NCBI GenBank assembly: GCA_009103225.1
Contig: RHPI01003642.1
Location: 1,169,099 to 1,233,098 of the forward strand
Source: Chlorokybus atmophyticus
Taxonomy: Eukaryota; Plantae; Mesostigma and Chlorokybus algae
Reading direction: 5' to 3'
DNA: 64,000 nt
The translations under genes and the position numbers were made by a program. Of this stretch, positions 11,986 through 24,300 are shown one piece after another (within the stretch, counting starts at the first letter, position 1; the number at the start of each line of letters is the position of its first letter). The notes beneath the pieces are model-generated. The model had not been told where the DNA came from, searched no databases, and saw nothing but the letters and a program-made list of their open reading frames with translations.

Positions 11986-14900
11986 TCACAAATCTCGTTG
12001 AATGGTGGCAATGTCGCCCGCTTTGACTACGTAATCGACGACATCAAAAGTCGACGCTATCATCGACCTTGCCTGTGAGACAACCAGCACAGTCTGCTGC
12101 TCCAGACTTCGCAACACGCTGGCCACTCGCCTGAGCAAACATATCCATATAGAATCAGACTACCTCCTCACACAACCTGCTGTTCTGTCAGCTGTGTAAT
12201 GCACGTACCGGCATCCTTCATCATCAAGGTGTTGCAGGACCTCGTCAAGGACGATGACGCTGCAATGAATGCCATTGCGGTCCCGCAAGAAGTCCGCATA
12301 ACACAAGGCCACAGCTAGTTCAAGGCGCCGCCGCTCACCGCCAGAGAGCTGCTTCAGCGATCGCTGTGCACAGAGCAAGGGTCCAAGCAATAGCAAGAAA
12401 TTAGCAAGAAAGGCCAGGGCGCAGCATACCGAAGTACATGCTGAAACTCATTGGGGAAGCCAAGTCACCTGAACCAGCTCGCCACTCGCGGTGCGCACAT
12501 AGACAACCTTGTTGATGCGCTCAGCGACATTCTTGGTAGTGCGTGACTGCAGGCAGCAAACAAGAAGAGAAGGGTTAACCACAGTCAATGCGCACCAGAC
12601 TGCTAAGTTTGGAAGAATGTTGCCAAAAGAAGAAGCACAAGCAAAACACACTTGTGACACTGCACCTGAGTGGTGGCTTGCAGCTCCAGGGACAAAGTGC
12701 CACCGGACAGCAGCTCAAGATACTGACCCGCGCGAGACTGTAACTCCGCCAGTGCACCCTCCACGACATAGCTCTGAAGGCATGTTCATCATCAGTACTC
12801 ATCGCCACCATGCGCCTTCAGCAGATGGACAAGGAGGCTGTTTGCATGCTGACCTGGATGCCGGTGTGTCCGTATGCAACATCCACTTCTTTCAGCTCCT
12901 CTGCCTGCTGCTTGAGTGTGCTGTACTGAGCCTTCATTCTGATCAACTGGTCTTCCTGTGATGCGTGCTGTTCTCTGAGTGCTGCCGCCTTCGCTGCAAA
13001 AGGATTTGCCTCCTGGTGTGCCGCTTGCTCAAGCACCCTGCACAGACAAATTTGAATACTACAACCCAGCAACATTGCTTGCCGTTACTCATGACACCAG
13101 TACCTGTAGCTAGCAACAGAACTGCGCGCATTGGCAGACCAACTCCTGATGGCAGCTGTCAACTCTGCCAGCCTTGCTAGCAGCCCCTGTCGTTTCTCAG
13201 CAACCGACAAGTTGCTGCCCTCCATTGCCGCACTAGCTTCACTAAGCTCCACCACTGGCATTGCAGCCTTAATGGACTCTGGCAAATCAGAAACCATCAG
13301 CTGCGCAGCGTGTCCTTGCTGTTGCGCATCTGTCAAGTGATCCCGTATCCGGCGTTCCTGAGCCCTGTAAACCACAACATGCAATTGGATACAACGTCTA
13401 GGGCAACGTCATGCAATCCCGTGGTGCTGGCTCTGACCTGTGTGCCGCAGCAGCTTCCTGCAACTTCTGCTGCGCTTGACGACGTGCTTCAGCCAGCATC
13501 TTTATTTGATTTGTCAAAGCACGTAACTCATCGTGACATGCCATTCTGCGACCTGTGACGGCCCTCAGGTCTTCAGCCGCAACAGCAGCCGCAGCATGCA
13601 ACTTATGCAGCGTGTCTGTGTGATGTTCAGGGCCGATAGGCTGCAAGCACAATCCACACGTAGGCAATTGCGTGCCGCTTTCAAACTTGGCGAGTTGCGC
13701 ATTGCTTGCAGCTGCAACCGTCCTAGCTGAAGCTTCCTGCAACAAACACCGGTCAGCGTGCAGAACTACGTCGTCTTTGGCTGGGCAGTTCCTGTGCAGG
13801 TCAGGCATTGCAGGATGTGCAGCTAGTTACTTCGAACCCACCAGCGACATAACAAGCAGCACCTACCGCAGATGTGTACTTCGCCAACTCGGCAGTCAGC
13901 AGCTGCCGATCACTCTCAAGTTCTCTTTCTTCAACGCTTACATCCAACACCGACACAGCCTCTTCTTGCATGCGGTCACCCAACTCATTTACCTGCCAGG
14001 TTATTATAACTTTATCCAGCATGCAAACACAGCAAACAAACAGTGACTGAAATATCACATCATCACCTGCTGTACGCACTGTAATATATTTGCACAGCAA
14101 ACAAACAAAGTGACTAACACATATTACATCATACCTGCTGTATGCACTGAAATATCCTTGTAGCTTGCACCAGGCCTTGTGCAAGCTGTGCGGCGGTCTT
14201 GGCCGCCACATCCGACAGCAACGCCATCTTTTTCTGCTGCTGCTCCACCCACTCCACACTGCGGCGTTTGCAGACAGTGATCTGCTCTGCATGTTCCTTC
14301 AATGAGGCTTCCAGCAGTGCTACAGCACCCTCGAGCATGTTCAGCTCTTTGACTGTTGCTTTCAGGTGCTCAGAAGATTTCTCCTTTGCTCGCGACCAAG
14401 CATCCAAGTTGACAACGCGGCCGATCTCATCTTTGAACGCTCTGTCTGTTGAGTCTAGAAGGCCATTGATGGCGTACTGCCCATGGAAAGCCATGCGTGC
14501 AATGGCTGAGGTGTCCATAGCTTGGTCTAACTTCTCCTGTGTCAGCTTCATCTCCTGACACGTCAGATCTTCACCGCCAACCCAAAATTGCAAGCTCGAG
14601 TGCCTGCATGACAAGAGCAGTAGTCAGGGTGAGAAGTAACCGCATGCCAATTGCAAATAGCAGAACAATTCAGCTCTTCCCAGTGTGTTATGCGCATGTT
14701 GACACCAGCTGCAGTCATACCTGGCTCCAACAGATCGCTGGACAGTGAAGTCTTTGCCGTTTAGCACACCTTCAAGGCGCACGGTTGCGCGTTTAGCCGT
14801 GTGATGCACCAAGTCGCTGCCATTCAACCCAGTCAGAGCGCCAGGCCGCGGATCCGTACTGCCTGCGCGAGCAGAAGCCAACATTAACAAACAGAAACCA

Positions 14901-17900
14901 TGCAATCATATAATGCTCAAGCTCAACGCTGTGCTTTTGACAAGCCTAAAGCAGTTGAGATTTTGTACAGTCCATACTGTACCTGTCAGCGCCCAGAGCG
15001 GCGCCATGGCAAGCGTTGTTTTGCCCGCGCCGTTGCTGTCCGCTCCAAAGCTGTCTACGTTGCGTCCTGATATGACACAAAGGCCCCGGCGCGCCAGCGG
15101 GTACTCTGTTTTGTGCAAGAATGGACCGTACCCTTCCAGCTCAATTCGGCTAAACTCTACATGCACTGCACACGGAGACTATGTCACAGTGGGGTTGACA
15201 ATAACAACATGCACACTGAGACGTATGCAAGGTTTAGTCACATGTCCCTTTCTGTGAGAAACGCACCAGCATAACACAACGAACACGCTTACCGTTTTCT
15301 GGCTGGACCAGGCCAGCAGGCAAGGACAACTCCTCTAGTAATGTTCGTCCCAACAACCTTGCACCATCGCTCATGCTGACATTCTCAGCATACTTGTCAA
15401 ACAACCTGTAGATGCCCTGGAAACACTCAATAAGCATCATCTCCCACTAAAGTCAATTGTCAATGGCCATTGCTCAACATCTACAGCAATCGGAGAGTGG
15501 CATAAAGACCATGCACCATTAACATGATGCCATCGCACACGCCTTGATAGCTTTCCGTACCAGGTCTTGAACTGACTCGATGCGTGGAGGCACGGCATTC
15601 GGGATGTGAACCAGCTCCAAGTTTACACCTTTCAATTTGAGCCCATCCTGCAAAGTGCACTGTTGTCACTGATACCCTTCCAGAGTATGGTACCCGACAC
15701 TCGTATGCAAGGCTCTCAGCAATGGACCATACCACAAGACTGCTTTTGGAGGCGGAGTTGTCTGTGGTCGTTAAGCGCACTCGATCACCTGCTTGCACGT
15801 CCACGAGCTGCTGTTCTGCACCTCCAGCATCTAAGCTGACTGCGAAATGACGGGGCCCGAAGCTGATGGGGATTGCATCCATGACCTGTCATAGATCGCT
15901 ACCGGCTCAGCCCAGGCAACACACTATGATCACACTTGTGCAGTCAATGACACTTACCTGCCACTCTTTATTCAGCACCAGGAAGCGCTTCTCTTGACCC
16001 GCCTCACCATGAGATACCTGAGAGAGTTCAAGACCACCAGTTTTGGTACGAAGAAACTACTAGAAATACCCTGCAGTGCCCGCGTGCACTGTACCTGATA
16101 CGGTGAGCCCACATATGTGATGTCTGAATGTGACACAGTGTGCGGCTTGTGATAGTGCCCAGTGAAAACGGGAATGGAAACAGGAAATATAGAGGCTTCT
16201 AACCCAGAGCGCGCTTGACACGCTTCGTTCATATATGCACCCATCTGCAGACACAAAAGCTGATCTACTGCCGCTGTCGCAGTTCTTATCCCAACATACA
16301 GCCAAGAGGCAGCAAGCATGATTCGATGCAACGGCACGTACTACATCCACGTGAGCAAAGACAGCTTTCACACCATTGCCATGCATCTGCATGGCAGCCT
16401 TGATAGCCTCTTGATCGCGTCGATACGGCAACCACAGTGCATCCAGAAACACAGCTGGCTCGGAAAAGACGCGTATATACCCATTACCGGCGGCCTCCAG
16501 AGGCATCAGCGCATGCAGCGAACCGCCCAAGTTCACCTGTACAAAACACAGGACAGCAGAGGGAGATATAAGAAGGGTTTAAGTGAGAGTGATGAGCTGT
16601 CTGGGCCTCAGTTTTAGCCTGCACTTTGGCCATGCGGAAAGCCGCGTGCAACGCCCTTGCCAACACTAATGGTACCATGCCGTTTTATAACACATACACC
16701 TAACTGAAGTCAAGCACCTGGTCATGGTTTCCTGGTTGCGCGCGGGTAACACCAACCGTCAGCACAGGATGTGGTATAAGTGTTACAGCTCAAGGCGCAT
16801 ATCCATGTGCCAGTTTAAACACCTGTACAGCCACCTCTATACCTGGTATCATGAGCATTGGCTGGGTCCATGTCTGCATCAACTCCAGCACTGCATTCAA
16901 CGGTTCCACTGGCAAGCTACCTCTCAAGTGCCAAAAGTCGCCCAGAAACAGTATCCCTGCATTCCTGTAAAGGACGCATTCGTTTCAGTGCTCACATGCA
17001 CTAGACCAGCCAAACGCATAGTAACACATCACTGCGCATGAGATTGCAAATGGAAAAGCGATTGGCTTCCACAGCAACCCCAGACAAGTGACCCCTTGGG
17101 TGCCAAGCTCTCAACAAAAACGAAAACCACAAAACTTCATACCTCTGTCGTGCAACTTCGTGAACATGCTGCAACACAGCAAGACACGTTTCCTGCGTTT
17201 TGGTACTGAGGTGCAGGTCTGAGAACACCACCCATGACTCGATTGCATCCCAGTCAGGAGCGTGTGCTTTCCGGCGCAAGCTGTCCCTGCTGCGAGCGCT
17301 CTTGACCCTAGCACCGTCATCAACTTTGGTGCTTGCGCGCCTGCTAGTTCCTTCCACCGCCAAGCTTCCCACCTGCCAAGTGGCGCTGCTTTAACCAAAC
17401 CCTAACCCTCGAGCACAGTACAGCAAGCAGTGCAGCAAGCAGCTGACTGTATGGCAATGGTAGTTGATGCGTTGAAAACGTTGGTATATCTCCAGAGCCG
17501 CTTATAAACACGAAACTGAAACACTACTGCTCAGATACTCCACAGCTGCTAATCCAATTATACCTGCTAATAAACACGACATTCAAACACTACACATAGT
17601 AAGAGAAGCATTGCAGTTAGTGCATTTGGCATGCAAGACGACAGTTCCTAAACCAGTGCATGCCGAGCACTTAATACAGGTCGTGTGATCACAAGCCGTC
17701 GACTCGACTGCTTACACACATGCAATTGACAGTGACAGTTTGATGTTTGCATAGAGCAAGTAAAGCAACGTGCATGCTACAAAAGTTGCATAGATCAGAG
17801 CAAGGTGCATGCTAAGTAAAAACCAAGCTTACCGCTGGTTGCCCAGTACTGTACAGGCGAGACTGCTTCAAAGCAGCATGCTGGCTGGTATCAGCACGTC

Positions 17901-18084
17901 CGCTGACCACTGCTGCTGCTGCGCCATGGAGTGGAACCGTACAACTGCCCAGCCCTGCTCCTCCAAGGCGAGCCTTCCCGCCTTGGCAGCATGACGATGC
18001 CCGCCAGAAGCCGCGCAGCAGAGCGTTGCGGCTAGCAAGCTGCAGCATGCCACACTGGGCGGTCCCAGAGACGGCGGATACCAT
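11986..18084 (-). CDS. SbcD-SbcC (Mre11/Rad50-like) nuclease-ATPase fusion with probable organellar targeting peptide
   Basis: Nuclease motifs: VFSDLH, LGDFWH, PGNHDQ, FAHVD, TGHYH, YVGSPYQ. ATPase motifs: Walker A SGRNVDSFGADSNGAGKTT, coiled coils, zinc hook PTCGLC, signature LSGGERRR, Walker B/D-loop VLDEVLQHLD. Exons between nuclease and ATPase splice in frame (...QPEN G|gtaagc...gcag|TG HVEFSRIELEGYGPF). Stop TGA at 11986-11988. An alternative ATG lies at 18144. Confidence 0.9.
17398..17409 (+). promoter_or_regulatory. Telomere-like/telo-box motif AAACCCTAACCC
   Basis: Motif lies in the first intron of the SbcDC gene. Similar TAGGGTTAGGG at 35540-35550 and a degenerate CCTAATCCTACCCTAA at ~38915. 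Confidence 0.3.
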
Positions 18085-18419
18085 GCGCCTTCCCTCGGCG
18101 GCTACACCGCCCCCGCGCCAGGAGGCGACAACGCCCACATGCATGCAGGCGATCTACATGTGCTGACGGCTTACAGTGCTTGTTGTCGAATCGGCGGTCA
18201 AGTGCGGCTCGGGCACAGGCGATGTGGGCGGCGGTCTTGAGGCGGCGGTGGCGGCAGCGGCAGCGGCAGCCAGGGGGCAATGTGCACTGCAGGTGGGCAA
18301 AGCATGCATCCGCAAAATACGCAGTAGTTGCTGCTTGTCAACTTGTGTGCAAGATGCCATCTGGCCGCTTATAACATACGACGTCTGCGTGCATGCCTAC
18401 AACGCACACGCCACATTCT

Positions 18420-18485
18420 CCCCCCCCCCCCCCCCCCCNNNNNNNNNNNNNNNNNNNNNNNNNNNNNCCCCCCCCCCCCCCCCCC
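18420..18485. other. Poly-C tract containing a short assembly gap (N 18439-18467)
   Basis: C homopolymer on both sides of the N run. Confidence 0.85.
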
Positions 18486-20019
18486 GTGTCGCACTGTGCA
18501 AATATGATGACAACACACACATGTTCAGCAGCAGTGCTGTCGGCATGGAACTACTAGCAGCAAAACATACATTCAGCAGCCGCTAGCCAGTCACGCAAGC
18601 GTTCAAGCAATGATGATGAGTTTGCTTGGGCATTGCCTAGTCTGGCGCTCGCTTGTGGAAGCGGCATTGGGGTGGCTTTAACTGCGCAACGGTCCGTGCG
18701 CAGAACTCAGCTGAGGCTTCATTCAGAGTTTGAGGGTGACTGCGGCCAAAGGCATAGCGGTCACGGTCGTTGCGCAGCTTGCTGTAGTCGCTGTTGTGTT
18801 AGTGTTGGTCGTTTATACCGTGTGCTTGTGTGCTGTACTGTTGATTTGCTGGAGTAGTCAGCCTTGCCAACTGTGCTGTTGCGTGTGATTCGCAATGTGC
18901 AGTGGTGAATGTAGCAAGCTTGACAGTAAAGCAGCTGTTCGCAGTGAGCAATGCTGCTTGGCACATGCATGCTGCAATCAATGACTATATTACACGGGTG
19001 CCAAGTGGATTATGGGTGGGGGTGTAGTGTCCAATGCCACTCTACTACAACACAATAATACAGATTGTATGGTTCGATAGGCTGTACACCAGCAATGTCC
19101 TCAAGACCTACATACTGCCTAGCGTGCACGCGCAAGGAGGGGCTTGCATGCACGGCAGCTGGCGCCATAGTAGCGGTGGCCTGCGCGTGACAATGTGACA
19201 GACATGTGCTGGCGGAATGCAGTTACAAAGCGTGATAGATACCGCGTCTTAGCAATAGCAACCTCCACCGCCTTCGCCGACATTGCCTCCAATGTGGTCA
19301 TCTCATCACAAGCATTTCCCGTAAGAACCAAAACAAATCGCTAAAAAACCTTACACACACCTCCCCCTCCCTCTAAAGAAAGCTCATTGAATGAAGTACC
19401 TTGGGGCTCACGTGTACAATGTACACTGTACATCAATCAACGTAACAATAACGATTGTTTGCTGAAGCTTGCGGATTGCTCCACTCAAGTATATATCAAC
19501 AATTATTATTTCCTTTAAGTGTATGAAGTGCTCTACTGAAGCAATGACATTTACAATATCGATACTCTTACAACTCTGTATTATCTACGCTCATGTGGAA
19601 CATTGACACCGTGTTCATTGTGTCGCGCGAAGAAAATGCAATCACTTGGCAGCTCGCATGCACCTTCTTCAGCATCTGAATCTCTCCTTTCTTTTTCCGC
19701 ATGGCATCCTGCATTGACAATAACAATGACACAGCACGCACAGCGACGACACGCACGCAATTGGCGACACGTCCTAGCGATGCATGCTGCGCCAATGCGC
19801 GTAACCATAACTGATATTGCCTGCGGCAGCGCAGACGACAGGATCGGCGGTAAGGGTGTGGGCGAGAGAGATGGGGAGGGAGGGGGAGTCCGCGTCCGCC
19901 TGTTGGTGTTGGTCGCTGCTGCAAGGCCGCTAACCAAGGTGCATGTGCAGGTGCCTACAATTGCCCTGCATGCATGCATATCTGATAGGGGGCAATAGTG
20001 GTAGAATTAAAGGTAGTCA

Positions 20020-21250
20020 ATAGGTAGCATGTAGGCGCCTTACCCCGGTGGTCAATGTGGTGAGTGTGTGTGGTGTTGGTGACATTGCATGTGCACGTAG
20101 GTTTGCATGTTCGAATTCCACTGCATCTTTTGTAAAATGGATGTCAACATTGACACATACAACACTTTGCGTGCCTATCGCATGACCTTTAATGATACAC
20201 ATCGCGGTCTTCAACGCCAACTTACCACACCGGGTCATTATCATCTGAAGAGGATCGCATAACTTCAACTATAAAGCACATTCAGATCAACTTAAAAACA
20301 CATACTGTTTCGGTTCAAATATGAGAAAAGTGATGCGCATTGACACACAGTCGATTCAATTTCTTAATTAACCCAAAGATTTACCATTATAATCGCATTT
20401 GATACATTGTTGCATGCGAGAGCATCTCGCGGAACTACTTAAGTTGATTAATATGAAGTCGTTGGCCATCAAATCTTCCTGGTTGTAATAACATTTTATG
20501 TCATTAAATGTGAGTATCGGGTATAGTTAGATTATTACCGTGGTGCCATATCTTTGTATAATAAATAACTTAGCGAGGGTACTTTTGGAAATTTTTAGCA
20601 ACTTTCAGGCGGCCAGTCTTATGCATTGAAAAGACTTCTCTTTGGATTGCATAAATTGGCAGGGTTTGATAAAGAATAGAGTACATATGTTGACGGTGCC
20701 TTTTATGAAGATTTCATAGCACTACGGTAATAAACATTTCAATTGAAAGCGACCCATGTGGTTATGGAATGCCTTTGCAATATGATGTGCTTTGCAAATC
20801 GATTATCAATATTGTTCATATATGCAACATGCGTGAACATCAACCATAAACACGTTTCGCTATGATGATTGGTTGCCTTGAAAGTAATCATATACAATGC
20901 ATTACTAACTTGTTGCTTATAAAAGATGTACAAGCCGCACTACTCAACAATTGCCATGTTGCAGGCAAACTTTGCTTCATGAGGTTAAACGCTGTGACAC
21001 GATATTGTTTGGCAAATGAATCAATCACTCATAAAGTTTCCAATAATGTCTACAATGGTGAAATGGTTTGTGTCCATGCAGCAACTGCATGGCAGCTCCT
21101 CGATAATTATACGGGCCCAAGCTTGCATTGTGGCCATAAGCTTACAATGCAACATGTTACACACATGTTTTAGTTTGGGCGTTGAGTCAACACACTGTTG
21201 ACACAACTTGCGCCGGGCACATCTCATAACACCGTGGCTGCGACTGCTCA
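20020..21250. other. AT-rich non-coding segment, possibly decayed mobile/foreign DNA
   Basis: Visibly more AT-rich than the flanks, with only short ORFs and frequent stops. No terminal repeats identified. Confidence 0.4.
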
Positions 21251-21358
21251 AAGCGGGTCACGTGACGGTCCGTCGCATTATGGTTTCAAGCCTCCCTGCC
21301 GGCCGGTGGCGCCACGTGGCACACCGCCGCCGCAGGTGAGGGGGGCGTCAGCGATGGG

Positions 21359-24300
21359 ATGAGCGGCGGCGCCACCATGTTTAGCCCCTCACCACCACGG
21401 CCATGGCCATGGCCCCACACAACTCTCCTCCCCGTCCCCCTCCTCCTGCCCCTCATGCTTCTCCTCCTCCTCCTCCCCACCCCTGCCTCCGCCTCCCCCT
21501 CCCTCTCCCTCTCCACAGCCAACAGCTGGCAGTACACCGAGAGGCAAGGGGACCTGGTGTTGGGAGAGCCAGCGGCCATCTCCGGGTCCACCCTGCTGGC
21601 GAAAGCGACCGTTACTATAGCGGCGGGGTACGATAGTGGGAAGGATGGGCTGGGGCTTGCAACGCCACCGGCAAGCATACAGGTGAGGATGACTTGTTGT
21701 CGTTCGGCACACAAAGGACAGAGGCATCATGGTGCCTAGCGTGTGAAAATGAACGAGTGTATTTACATTCAGTTGTGCTTTGAACGCTGTACACACTCCA
21801 TCAGCACAGCATGATAATGACATGTCTGCATTGTCATTGAAATAGCGTCTACAACACACAAATGAGAACGGCAGAGCGATCTCAACTTGGTGCTTGAGAT
21901 GTTGACGCAAGGCCGGTTTGTTAAGCAATTAGGGTTGTGATGTACAAGTGTTGGGGATAAATTTAGGGTCAGATCATACATTGGCGGATATGCACGACAA
22001 CTGTGAAGCTTTTCAAGTTGGTTGTCAGCGTGACTGAAAGCTTGTGAGTAACTATCTGAGCTACCAGAAGCTACATCCTTGCATGCAACCATGACAGCAA
22101 CAACTAATACTACCACTTCACAATAACAACAACAAGAACAACAACCACACCAACAACAGAGCATTGACCTGAAGGCCAGTTAGGTTGTGAGTTTGAGACC
22201 CATTAAAAAAAGACACAGGCCGAATGTCGCAACACACGCGGCATCCAACTGTTGCATACGACCAGGTGCTGTGGCAGTCGAGCACAGGCGTGCTGACTCT
22301 GACGGGCGCCGCTTCCGCCGGCAACTACAAGGCTGCGCTCCAGGCCATTGTGTACCGCAATGACGCGTACGACCCAAGTCCAAAACCGCGCACCATCACG
22401 TACCAGGTAGGAGAGCGAATGTGTCATGAGGAAGCTGTCGTGGTTGTTGTGATGATGTCGTGGTAGTGGTCGTTTATGATGATGTCGCTGATGTTAATCA
22501 AAAAAACAAACAGCAACATCCGCTACATTGGTTTTGACATTAGTGTTCAACAACAACATTATTTACGACAATGACAACATTTTCTCTGCTGCTGTTGTTG
22601 TTGTTGTTGGTGGGGTTGTTGCTGTTCGTCATCACCGACAAACGCAACACCAACGTGCACACATCCGCCCTTCACCAGGTCTTTGACGGCACTTCTTGGA
22701 GCCCATCTCAATCCCGCACCCTTCAGTTCACTGCTCTGAACCAGCCTCCCACACTCACTCTCTCCTCCTCCTCTCCTCTCCTCTTCACCGAGGGCGATGC
22801 GGACCTCACCATCGATGGCGGCCTCACCGTCGCGGACGTGGACAACGCGCAGCTCGCTAGGGCGTATGTCAACATCACGAGCGGGTGAGAGAGAGAGGAG
22901 GATGTGTGGGTGGGAAGGGGGGGAGTGGGTTTTGGGTGTAAGAGGAGTGGTTATTGCGCAGGGTGGGGACGGGGGATACGCTTGTGTGCGCGGTGACCAC
23001 GAGTGATATCGACTGCACGTGGGATAAAAGTACATCCACAATCACACTCACGGGCCCTGCAAGTACTGCCAACTTCCAAGTAAGCGTGTTGAATTGACAG
23101 CAACATAGTGCTTCTGCACGTGCGCATGTGTGCATAGATGTGGATGTGGATGTGTGCGTGTGCGTGTGCGTGTGTACGCACGCGCGTGTGTGTATGTGTC
23201 TCATCTTTATCGCAATGTGCAGGCGGTGTTGAGGGCGGTGAAGTTCCGCAACGTTTTCCAGAACGTGACGAGCGGGTTGCGTACGGTTCAGCTTCGTGTC
23301 AGTGACGGAACCGTCGAGTCCACATCCGTCACGCGCACCATCTCCGTCACAGCCGTCAACAACGCGCCGACTCTCTCCGGCGACGTCTCTCAGCTCGTAT
23401 ACAGCGGCGCCATCGTGCTCGTTCAACCCAACATAACTGTATCCGATGTGGACAACACGTCTGTCGCGTGGGCACAAGTCGCCATTACATCTGGATACAA
23501 CGCCTCTACCGACACGCTCACCGTGACATTGCCACCCAATGGGGCTTTAACATCCACCTTCTCTCTCTCCAATGGCGCGTTGACCGTATCCGGCATAGCG
23601 ACATTAAGCGTATACTCGTTGACGTTGGCGAGCGTAGCCCTCGTGCAAAGCAACGCGACGGATCTCGTAACACGTACCGTCCAAATGCAAGTATCAGATG
23701 GTGACAAGGAGAGTACCCCTCCACTCGAACGAGTGTTCTTCCGTGCAGACAACTTACAGATACCCTCAGTGACATCCATCTCATCTATTGGCACCGCCGG
23801 AGGCCAAGTCACTCTAACTGGGAGCTTCTTCGGTCCCGTGAGCCCCACAGTGTTGCAATACGTCGTCATCGGTGGCGTTGTGTGCGCCAACCCGCGTGTG
23901 GTTGTGTCGGGCACGAGCGCCACGTGCGATGCGCCGCCCGGCACGGGTGGAGGGATAGCTGTGCAAGTGCAAGTGAATGGAAAGACGTCGGCGCCGGCGA
24001 AGATATTCTCGTATCAGGCGCCGACGGTGGTGTCGGTGTCATCCGCAACCACTGCGGGCGGGGTAGTCACTGTTGTTGGGAGTAACTTTGGACCGCTTGG
24101 ATCAGGATTTGTTGACTCGGTTGCACTCGGAGCCGTACCTTGCGTCAACCCTACGGCAAGTGTGGCTGAGCTTGTCAACTTAGTGGTTGTGCCTACTGCT
24201 GCTTTGTGTGTGGTCACGTGTGCGTGTGTTTGCGCGTACGTGCGTACATGTATGCGTGCGCGTGCGCATTTGCAAACTTAGCTTAGTTACTGATTGACCT

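Noticed and set aside
17398-17409. CCCTAACCC as a possible telomerase RNA template
   Set aside because: It sits inside an intron with no Pol III promoter elements or recognisable TR structure, and similar short motifs are scattered through the window.
19119-19730. Minus-strand exon-like pieces (DAMRKKKGEIQMLKK; VLTGNACDEMTTLEAMSAKAVEVAIAKTRYLSRF)
   Set aside because: Could be a small gene, but I could not establish a start or consistent splicing, and no family is recognisable.
20600-20720. Reading QLSGGQSYALKRLLFGLHKLAGFDKE*STYVDGAF, reminiscent of an SMC/ABC signature or a copia RT fragment
   Set aside because: Interrupted by stops, motif spacing is off, and there is no supporting upstream or downstream homology. 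Likely chance.
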